In this document: in pieces, positions 36,826-44,587 of the stretch
How positions within the stretch are numbered: the first letter of the stretch is position 1
Layout of the letters: every line of letters starts with the position of its first letter
NCBI GenBank assembly: GCA_043813075.1
Contig: JBDRLL010000033.1
Coordinates: forward strand, 1-64,000
Length of the DNA stretch: 64,000 nucleotides
Source: Candidatus Altiarchaeota archaeon
GTDB lineage: Archaea; Altiarchaeota; Altiarchaeia; IMC4; SCGC-AAA252-I15
Reading direction: 5' to 3'
Translations under genes and position numbers: made by a program
The notes under the pieces: model-generated
Told to the model about the DNA's origin: nothing
Database searches by the model: none
Seen by the model: the letters and a program-made list of their open reading frames with translations, nothing else

Positions 36826-38016
36826 GTGAGGAATATGTTTTCAAGGCGATTAGGGGCGTATATTATCCTGGCAATTTTGGTCGTGATAATCCTGATTGCA
36901 AACCATTTAAAGGGCCATATTGCCGTGGGAGAGGAGTCAATTGATGTCGAAGGTCCGCAACATGGCAACAATATTTCGATCGAGGAAAGACTGAAGTCCC
37001 TGGGTTATTTGTCGTACGTTGTCGAAGAGAGGGACCCTAGCAAGAATGGCGTAACAATACACGACAGGATGCGCGCCTATCAGGGGCTTAACCTCTACAC
37101 TCCAGAAGACATTGGGGTAGTATACCTCATCGACATGGACGGCAACAAGGTCTTTGAATGGAAGGCTAAGGAGGGCGTTCCGAGGAACTGGAGGTACGCT
37201 AAGATAGCGGAAAACATGTCTATCCTAGTCAACATAGGGCTCTCTGAGATCGCGAGGATAGACAGGGACTCCAGCCTAGTTTGGATAACGAATCAAAGCG
37301 GATACCACCACGACCTGACAGTCGCAGAGAACGGCGACATATACGCTATAAGGGCGATAGTCAGACATATTGAGGGTATTGGAAACATCCTAGACGAAAA
37401 TATCGTTGTGATGGACGAGAATGGTGACGAGAAGAGAGCCATCTCACTATTCGATATTCTTGGGAAGAGATTCGTCAGGGATAGGATACAGGTTAGGAAG
37501 GACAACATAGACATATTCCACGTAAACAGTATCGGGATAATACCGAGAGAGATAGGGGTTGCTAGAAAGGGGGATGTCATGATATGCGTTAGGAACATGA
37601 ACCTTATAGTGATAGTAAACACCACGGACGGAAGAGTAATGTGGAGGGGTGGCAGATACATTCTCGAGCGCCCGCACAACCCGGTCATACTACCCAACAA
37701 CAACATACTCGTCTTCGACAACGGACCGTTCAGGGGATACTCAAGGGTGCTGTCAATCGACCCACGTAAAAGAGAATTGGTGGGGGAATATAATATGAAA
37801 AACGAGTCTTTCTTCACCGCCAACATGGGAGGTAACCAGAGACTGCCCAACGGAAACACGCTCATAACAGAATCGGACAAGGGAAGAGCATTTGAGATAA
37901 CCAGTAGGGGGGAGATAGTCTGGGAATTCTACGTGCCAGAGAGGGATGATAATGGTAACAGACCAGTGATATACAGGATGCATCGGGTAAGACCCAGCGT
38001 AATAGAGAGGGTTTAG
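36826..38016 (+). CDS. Arylsulfotransferase-like beta-propeller, paralog 3
   Basis: YHHDL, FHVN, HNP, FDNG, QRLPNGNTLITE and an N-terminal TM. Confidence 0.8.
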   Translation: MRNMFSRRLGAYIILAILVVIILIANHLKGHIAVGEESIDVEGPQHGNNISIEERLKSLGYLSYVVEERDPSKNGVTIHDRMRAYQGLNLYTPEDIGVVYLIDMDGNKVFEWKAKEGVPRNWRYAKIAENMSILVNIGLSEIARIDRDSSLVWITNQSGYHHDLTVAENGDIYAIRAIVRHIEGIGNILDENIVVMDENGDEKRAISLFDILGKRFVRDRIQVRKDNIDIFHVNSIGIIPREIGVARKGDVMICVRNMNLIVIVNTTDGRVMWRGGRYILERPHNPVILPNNNILVFDNGPFRGYSRVLSIDPRKRELVGEYNMKNESFFTANMGGNQRLPNGNTLITESDKGRAFEITSRGEIVWEFYVPERDDNGNRPVIYRMHRVRPSVIERV

Positions 38017-38032
38017 CAAGTTTCAGGCAGGC

Positions 38033-39235
38033 ATGTTTTATTTGATGGAATCATATTCATACCTGATGCTCGAGTCGCCGATAATACAGTTGCTCTTAAT
38101 ACTGCTGGCAGGATGGTACATGGGTAGGCTTTTCAGGAAAAGCCTCGACCTGCCGCCGATGCTCGGAGAGCTGATAGCCGGACTAATCTTCGGACCGTCC
38201 ATACTGAACCTCATACACCCGAGCGAGTACATAGACTTCCTAGCAGAGCTTGGAATATTCTTCCTAATGTTCTACGCTGGGACTGAAACCGACCCTAAAA
38301 TGTTCTTCAAATCATTGAGGCCGTCAATACTCTGCGGGATAATGGGCTTCGTGATACCCTTCACCCTCGGATATTATGGGACTGTATTCCTCATGCCCTC
38401 CGCGACAATGTACCAGGCGCTTTTCATAGGTCTTGGCCTCTCCATCACAGCCATAGCCGTTAACGCCAGGATACTCATGGACTTGAACATGCAGAACAGC
38501 AAGATAGGCCACATACTGATAGGTGCGGCACTTGTCGATGACATACTGTCGCTGGGCTTCTTCTCCGCCCTGGTGGATACGATAAAGATTGGTCATTTCT
38601 CCTATTCTTCAGTCACTGTTTCGATGCTTCACGTGATAATGTTCTTCCTCATAACATATGGGATAGGTAAGCTCGTGCTGCCTATGGTCAACAAATACTA
38701 TCTTGAGAAGGAGGGTCACGGATTCACGTTCAGCCTGCTGACTGCACTTGTTTTCTCCGTTATCGCGGAGTCGATGGGACTCCACCTTATTATCGGGGCC
38801 TTCCTCGCGGGACTGTTCGTTAGGGAGGAGATGAAGGAGGATAAGCTGATTGACATGCTGAACGACAGGCTTATGATCATAAGCTATGGATTCCTTGGGC
38901 CGGTATTCTTCGTCTCGCTCGCATTCAACGTGGAGCTGTCTGCGATATTGCATGAGGCATTCTTTCTTATCGTGGTGCTAGTCATCGCCTTGGGGGGGAA
39001 GTTCATCGGCGCATACCTGGGGTGTGTGATGGCGAAGGTCAGGAGGGAGGATAGCATAATTATATCCGCTGGGATGAACGGGCGTGGAGCCGTTGAGCTC
39101 ATACTCGTCAGCGCTGGAGTCAGCCTGGGCATACTGAACAACCAGATCGTCACCATACTAGTGTCTATGGCTTTCATAACAACACTGATAACGCCAATAG
39201 CCTTCAAGACCCTCCTCAAAAGGTATGGTAGGTAG
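38033..39235 (+). CDS. Cation:proton antiporter (CPA2/Kef family)
   Basis: GELIAG...GP, LSITA, GAALVDD, GAF.AG, GRG.VE and about 12 TM helices. Confidence 0.92.
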   Translation: MFYLMESYSYLMLESPIIQLLLILLAGWYMGRLFRKSLDLPPMLGELIAGLIFGPSILNLIHPSEYIDFLAELGIFFLMFYAGTETDPKMFFKSLRPSILCGIMGFVIPFTLGYYGTVFLMPSATMYQALFIGLGLSITAIAVNARILMDLNMQNSKIGHILIGAALVDDILSLGFFSALVDTIKIGHFSYSSVTVSMLHVIMFFLITYGIGKLVLPMVNKYYLEKEGHGFTFSLLTALVFSVIAESMGLHLIIGAFLAGLFVREEMKEDKLIDMLNDRLMIISYGFLGPVFFVSLAFNVELSAILHEAFFLIVVLVIALGGKFIGAYLGCVMAKVRREDSIIISAGMNGRGAVELILVSAGVSLGILNNQIVTILVSMAFITTLITPIAFKTLLKRYGR

Positions 39236-39271
39236 TCCTCTTTTTTCATGCAATACCCTATATCTTATCCC

Positions 39272-41344
39272 ATGCTTTTCAGAGAACTGGATATCGCGGA
39301 CGAGTTCAAGAACATCATCGACGCCCTGGGAGTGGAGAGGCTATACCCGCCCCAGGAGGATGCGGTAAAAGCAGGGATACTGGAGAAGAAGAACCTTATA
39401 CTCTGCACTCCAACCGCCTCCGGGAAGACGCTGACCGCGGAACTTGCAATAATGAAGGCGTTGGAGTCGGGGGGGAAGGCAGTGTATATAGTGCCGCTCC
39501 GAGCCCTAGCCTACGAGAAGTACGTTGAATTCAGGAAGTACGAGCAGCTAGGATACAAGGTACGGCTCGAGGTGGGGGACCTGGACTCCAGCAAATACAA
39601 GCGAAAACCAGCGTTCGACATCATAGTGGCGACCGCGGAAAAATGCGATTCCATACTAAGGAGCAGGCCCAGATGGTTCCAGGGGACAAGCGTCCTAGTG
39701 CTCGACGAGATACACTTGATAGCCTCCGACCGCGGGCCAGTATACGAGGTATTGACTGCTAAGTTCAGGAACATATACCCGGACGTCCAGGTGCTCGGCC
39801 TGTCTGCGACCATCGGCAACGCCGGCGAGCTGGCTGAATGGCTGAACGCAGACCTCCTGCAGTCCGACTGGAGGCCTGTGAAGCTGAACGAGAGCGTAGT
39901 CGTTAGGGAGGATGAGTCGCTGGGTGATGTCGTAGCCTCCAGTGTGGCTGAAGGGCAGGTGCTTGTTTTCGTGAACTCTAGACGGAGCGCGGAGGCTGTC
40001 GCCGAGAAACTGGGTAACGAGCTTAACCTAGCTTCAGACAGCGAAAGACTGGGGGGGATAGCAGAGGAAGTCCTCGACGCCCTGGGCAACCCAACAAGAC
40101 AATGCAAGAGGCTCGCAGAATGCGTGAGGCGGGGGACCGCATTCCATCATGCAGGCCTCGTCAACAAGCAGCGGATACTCATAGAGGACGCATTCAAGGA
40201 AGGGCTTGTGAAGGTGATATCCGCAACACCAACGCTCGCTGCGGGAGTGAACCTTCCGGCGAGGACAGTAGTGGTGAGGGACGTGAAGAGGTTCACGCAG
40301 AACGGCATGGCGTACATACCTGTCTTAGAGTACAAGCAGCAGGTTGGCCGCGCAGGAAGGCCGAAATATGATAAGGTTGGTGATGCTATCACCATCGCGT
40401 CGAGCAGTGATGAGGCAGGGTATATTGACGAGCACTACGTTCACGGAGAGCCGGAGGACATCCACTCGCAGTTGGGTATAAAGCCTGTCTTGAGGTTCCA
40501 CAGCCTGGCTTCCATAGCTTCATCGTTCACCAGGACGAGTGACGCGTTGATAGAGTTCTTCAGAGCCACTTTCTTCGGATTCCAGTACGGGGTTAGGAGC
40601 GAGTTCGAGTCCATGATAAATGAGATCGTGTCTGAGCTGGTTGAATGGGGCTTCGTGAAGACTGAAAACAGGTTCCTTGCGGCGACAGAGCTAGGCGCCA
40701 GGGTGTCGGAGTTGTACATAGACCCGATGACCGCCCACAACTACCTTGAACTCCTGAATAAGGCGGAGGAGGGGGAGAAATTCTCTGAACTCGGGCTGCT
40801 TGAAGTGCTTTCAGACGCAGTGGAGATAATCCACCTGCCTGTGAAGCACAAGGAGGAGGCGGTCATATGGGAGGAAGCCTACAGGGTGGAGGACGAGCTG
40901 CTGAGGGATCTCGGAGGATTCGACCTGGACTTCCAGTTCCTCAACCGGTTCAAGACCGCGAAAATGTTTGTGGACTGGGTTAACGAGAAGACTGAGGACG
41001 GGATACTGGAGGACTATAACGTCACGCCAGGACAGTTGAACATGAGGCTGCAGAACCTGGAGTGGCTCTGCTATGCTGCGTCAGAACTGACTAGGATCAC
41101 GAAGTTGAGGAAGAGCCATGTCGAATTGAGCAGGCTGGGTGTTAGAATCAAGTACGGGGTCCGGAAGGAGCTGCTGCCGCTAGTGGCGTTCAAGGAGGTC
41201 GGCCGCGTTAGGGCGCGGAAGCTCTTCAGAGATGGTTTGAAGACTCCTTCAGACCTTAAGAAGGCCAGTCTCACTGAGATGGCGGACATAGTTGGCTTGA
41301 AGACTGCGAGAAAGATAAAATCCCAGTTGGCTGGATTCGACTGA
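39272..41344 (+). CDS. hel308: Ski2-like DNA helicase Hel308/Hjm
   Basis: PTASGKT, DEIH, LSAT, WRPV.L, FHHAG, TPTLAAGVNLPA, GRAGRP, C-terminal HhH (GRVRARKL). Confidence 0.94.
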   Translation: MLFRELDIADEFKNIIDALGVERLYPPQEDAVKAGILEKKNLILCTPTASGKTLTAELAIMKALESGGKAVYIVPLRALAYEKYVEFRKYEQLGYKVRLEVGDLDSSKYKRKPAFDIIVATAEKCDSILRSRPRWFQGTSVLVLDEIHLIASDRGPVYEVLTAKFRNIYPDVQVLGLSATIGNAGELAEWLNADLLQSDWRPVKLNESVVVREDESLGDVVASSVAEGQVLVFVNSRRSAEAVAEKLGNELNLASDSERLGGIAEEVLDALGNPTRQCKRLAECVRRGTAFHHAGLVNKQRILIEDAFKEGLVKVISATPTLAAGVNLPARTVVVRDVKRFTQNGMAYIPVLEYKQQVGRAGRPKYDKVGDAITIASSSDEAGYIDEHYVHGEPEDIHSQLGIKPVLRFHSLASIASSFTRTSDALIEFFRATFFGFQYGVRSEFESMINEIVSELVEWGFVKTENRFLAATELGARVSELYIDPMTAHNYLELLNKAEEGEKFSELGLLEVLSDAVEIIHLPVKHKEEAVIWEEAYRVEDELLRDLGGFDLDFQFLNRFKTAKMFVDWVNEKTEDGILEDYNVTPGQLNMRLQNLEWLCYAASELTRITKLRKSHVELSRLGVRIKYGVRKELLPLVAFKEVGRVRARKLFRDGLKTPSDLKKASLTEMADIVGLKTARKIKSQLAGFD

Positions 41345-42262
41345 CTACCTTAGGTTTTCAAGCAGCTCGCAGACCTTGCATTTTTCCCCTGAAGACGGCT
41401 CCCCGCATAGGGGGCAGTACTTCATCTTCTTCCCTGCGTAATCCTGCCTGAGCAGTCCTATGAGCCGGTCTGTGCTGTTCAGCATCTGATACTTGCTTCC
41501 AGGATGGCGTTTCTCGAGGGTGTCGAGCATGGACTTGACGCTCCTTCTGAACGCACCCTTAGCGTGCGGGCAGTCAAATGATGCTATGGGAATCCTGTTA
41601 AGCCTGGCGTAGAGCTTCACCTCATCCTCTGGAATCTCCCTGAGAGGCTTTATGCGCGGGACGAAACGCTCGTCCCCGACAACACCCACTATAGGCCCGA
41701 GCCTGCTGGTCCGGTCGTATTCCCCGCGCACGAAGTTCATGAAGGAGGATTGGACTTCATCGTCAAGGTTGTGGCCTGTAGCTATGCGGGATACCCCCAG
41801 CTCAATTGCCTTGGTGTTCAATAGCCTGCGGCGTAGCACGCCGCAGTAAGTGCACGCGTTCACGCCCTCATCCCTGACCTTGCGCATTATGTCGTCCAGT
41901 TTGATGCCGTACTCCTCCTTAAAGGAGTATGTGTGGGATTTGACTCCGGTCTTATCACAATATTTGGACACCTTGTTGAACACCTTCTTTTTGCCCCTTA
42001 TGCCCTCGTCTATGACTATGGTGACGACCTCGATTTTCGGATTCCTTGACGTTAGATCCATCAGTAGCTTAAGGACGGTCATGGAGTCCTTGCCGCCAGA
42101 CAATGCGACCGCGATCCTGCCTGAAGAAGGCAGGAGCTTGTTTATCCTTACAGTCTTCCTAACCCTCTTCTCCAACAGCCTGCTGAAGCAGCCCTCACAC
42201 ATTGTCTTGCCGTAATACCTGAGTTTAACGACAGCCCTGCTGCCGCAGTCGTCGCAGTTCAT
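41345..42262 (-). CDS. ncsA: tRNA 2-thiolation protein NcsA/TtuA family (TIGR00269)
   Basis: N- and C-terminal Zn fingers, SGGKDS, CTYCGV.RR, GHNLDDE, CP. Confidence 0.88.
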   Translation of the reverse strand: MNCDDCGSRAVVKLRYYGKTMCEGCFSRLLEKRVRKTVRINKLLPSSGRIAVALSGGKDSMTVLKLLMDLTSRNPKIEVVTIVIDEGIRGKKKVFNKVSKYCDKTGVKSHTYSFKEEYGIKLDDIMRKVRDEGVNACTYCGVLRRRLLNTKAIELGVSRIATGHNLDDEVQSSFMNFVRGEYDRTSRLGPIVGVVGDERFVPRIKPLREIPEDEVKLYARLNRIPIASFDCPHAKGAFRRSVKSMLDTLEKRHPGSKYQMLNSTDRLIGLLRQDYAGKKMKYCPLCGEPSSGEKCKVCELLENLR

Positions 42263-42711
42263 TTCAATTCGTAGACTTCCTCAATCCTCTTCAGAACCCT
42301 CTCAGTGAAGGCGGCGGACTCCTTAACAACCTCCATTGTGTAGTCCTTGAACGCCCTGCTGGGAGGCTTGTTGGATGTGAACCTGTATTTCCCCGCGAAA
42401 TTGTCTATGAGACGTATGTTCTGGAAGTACTTAAGCCAGACCTGCAGGTTACGGTCCGTCAGACCCCACATTGGGTCCTTTGACTTACGCCTGCGCCTTA
42501 ACTCCAGAATAAGTATCTTGATTTCCCCCGCGCCAAGGGATACGTCCTTCGTCTTGGCGTTAACCAATACTTCAATCAGGTCCCTTGCGACGTCGGATGT
42601 TATCCCAATAGAGTCCAGGAACAATTCGACAAGCTCCCTCCTGTCGTCAGTAAGCAGAGCGGACTCGTCAAACCACCTGAATTTGATGTCAGCTAGGAGA
42701 TCCCTCATCAA
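42259..42711 (-). CDS. Hypothetical protein, possible winged-helix fold
   Basis: ATGA overlap with ncsA. Helix-turn-helix-like segment followed by a short beta hairpin. Confidence 0.65.
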   Translation of the reverse strand: MMRDLLADIKFRWFDESALLTDDRRELVELFLDSIGITSDVARDLIEVLVNAKTKDVSLGAGEIKILILELRRRRKSKDPMWGLTDRNLQVWLKYFQNIRLIDNFAGKYRFTSNKPPSRAFKDYTMEVVKESAAFTERVLKRIEEVYELK

Positions 42712-42774
42712 CTAGGATATTCAACTTCCAGGCTTAAATGAGTTGTTTTATATAGGGAAGACTTATATTAAGGT

Positions 42775-43260
42775 ATGGGCGACAAGCCGATACTGGAGAG
42801 GCAGTTCAACGAAGACCTGGACATTGAAGCCAAACTGGGGGAGGGAGGCGTCATAGCCAGACTATACCTGGAAGTCCAAGGAAACGACAAGGAGGCCGCT
42901 CAAAAGGCCTTGGAGAGCACTATCTTCGAGAAGATGAATTCGGAGCCCATGATGGACCTGCTTGAAGCCAAACTCTATGACATAGAGGAGAGTGAGGACA
43001 AAAAGTTCTTCTCTGGCGTCGCAGAGGTCAAGCTCATTGCAGACGACTTCAGGAGCTTCATAAACGTGTCCATGAGGTACGGGCCCACCGCCATAGAGAT
43101 AATAGAGCCTGATGAAGTCAGCCTTGACTTGGATAAGATGCATGCGATAGCAGGCGACGTCAGCAGCATGATGCAACTCTTCTCTAACCAGATTATAAGC
43201 ATGCTAAAGGACCCTGAGAGAGCAGCCCTGTACAGGCAGATGATAGAGAAAGAGGGTTGA
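42775..43260 (+). CDS. Conserved archaeal hypothetical protein
   Basis: EVQG, FSG..EV, RYGP.AIEI.EP pattern resembling an uncharacterised archaeal family. Confidence 0.7.
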   Translation: MGDKPILERQFNEDLDIEAKLGEGGVIARLYLEVQGNDKEAAQKALESTIFEKMNSEPMMDLLEAKLYDIEESEDKKFFSGVAEVKLIADDFRSFINVSMRYGPTAIEIIEPDEVSLDLDKMHAIAGDVSSMMQLFSNQIISMLKDPERAALYRQMIEKEG

Positions 43261-43301
43261 ATTCACATTATAATAGCCTTTAGGGGGTAAATAATACTAA
43301 G

Positions 43302-44375
43302 ATGAGGTATTTAGCCATCTTCGCAGCGCTATTGATATTTGCTTCTACAAGCTCAGCCGACACCATCAGCGACATAAACCTGTGGATCGGCGATGACGGG
43401 ATAACGTGGATAGAGGAGAGGATAACGGTAAGTGACAGTGAAGCAGCCTACTCCAGCATACTGGTCCCTGATTTCATAAGCAACGTAACAGTACTCGGGC
43501 CGGAGGGAAGGCTGAACTACACTCTGATGCCTGAAGGGAAATACAATAGGGTGCTCTTCTACCTTAAGAGGCCGCTGGAAGAGGGTGAGACCAAGGACGT
43601 CTGGGTTAAGTTCGGCAGCCCCCTTCTCACCGCTAAGACCGGCGGCAACTGGGTTGTGAGCTACTATACGCCAACTACCTCTGGGGCCACCATAATGAGG
43701 ATTAACTTTCCTGTTGGGACGAAGATAATATCCCTGAAGCCGGATGACATACTTAGGAGCTATGACAAGTATGCTCTCTGGCTCTACCCCCATAGGGAGG
43801 AGATAGAATTCAAGGTGACCTACGAGTATGGTAACATCCCCGCCCCAACAACCACTACGACGATCATAATGGAGGCTCCTGTGAACGACAGCAGGCAGAT
43901 TGACGCGGGAATCATAATGATAGAGTACAGGACCTTCCTGATGATAGTGGGGGTATTATTCTCACTGATAACCCTTCTTGTGGTGTTCATAGTGTGGAAG
44001 AAGAGGCTTTCACTTGTCGTAAGGGAGGAGAATAACATAGGGCGGAGGGTGGACTACGAGCCTGACGAGTTAATAGGTGGTTCCACTCTCGTCAACGGTA
44101 GCATATCTTACAGCATAAACGGTGATGAAAAGAGGGGTTCTGGGAAGGTTAAGGATTCTGTAATCAAGATGCTTGACGAGAAAGAGCTTGCCATAGTGAA
44201 GATACTAGAGAAAGCAGAGGAGGAAGTCACCCAAGCATACATCTACAAGACAACAGGAATACCTAAAACAAGCTTATCAGACATTATAAGGCGGATAGAG
44301 AAGAGAAATATAGTTGAAATAAAAAAAGAGGGTAGGACAAACTGGATAAGTCTAAAAGAATGGGTACTAGAGTAG
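43302..44375 (+). CDS. Membrane-anchored winged-helix protein (signal peptide, extracellular beta domain, TM, C-terminal wHTH)
   Basis: Sec signal, beta-rich ectodomain, PTTTTT linker, TM with WKKR, then E..I...L....TQ..I....G.PK...S.II.R.E.R..V...K.GR.N. Confidence 0.85.
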   Translation: MRYLAIFAALLIFASTSSADTISDINLWIGDDGITWIEERITVSDSEAAYSSILVPDFISNVTVLGPEGRLNYTLMPEGKYNRVLFYLKRPLEEGETKDVWVKFGSPLLTAKTGGNWVVSYYTPTTSGATIMRINFPVGTKIISLKPDDILRSYDKYALWLYPHREEIEFKVTYEYGNIPAPTTTTTIIMEAPVNDSRQIDAGIIMIEYRTFLMIVGVLFSLITLLVVFIVWKKRLSLVVREENNIGRRVDYEPDELIGGSTLVNGSISYSINGDEKRGSGKVKDSVIKMLDEKELAIVKILEKAEEEVTQAYIYKTTGIPKTSLSDIIRRIEKRNIVEIKKEGRTNWISLKEWVLE

Positions 44376-44386
44376 ATAAAGAAAAA

Positions 44387-44492
44387 ATAAGCTCTGTCGT
44401 ACCTTTAAATCATATAAATAGGATGTTCGTACATTATATAGTATTTAAGTGGAATATAGGCCTGTTTGTACGACTTAAATTATAAATATAGG
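44387..44492 (+). promoter_or_regulatory. Triplicated ATA(A/G)G-n-TGT-(T)YGTAC motif interleaved with TATA-like boxes upstream of the S-layer-family gene
   Basis: ataagctctgtcgtac (44387), ataggatgttcgtac (44418), ataggcctgtttgtac (44456). GTCGTAC and GTACGAC also form an inverted pair. Confidence 0.55.
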
Positions 44493-44511
44493 CAAATCTA
44501 ATTGATAGAAG

Positions 44512-44542
44512 TCAAGTAGCATGCGTACAGCATGTACCTTGA
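44512..44542 (+). promoter_or_regulatory. 5'-leader hairpin before the S-layer-family gene (GGAGGT RBS at 44571)
   Basis: tcaag-ta-gcatgc-gtaca-gcatgt-ac-cttga is self-complementary. Confidence 0.45.
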
Positions 44543-44587
44543 AAAAAACTAAAAAAACTATAAGAAAATAGGAGGTAAGCAACCAAA

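Noticed and set aside
34518-38016. Near-identical segments between paralogs as a possible DGR template/variable repeat
   Set aside because: Differences are not adenine-specific and there is no reverse transcriptase. Tandem duplication explains them.
44376-44587. AT-rich repeat region as a replication origin
   Set aside because: No ORB-like G-string boxes and no adjacent cdc6/orc1. A promoter/operator role is more parsimonious.
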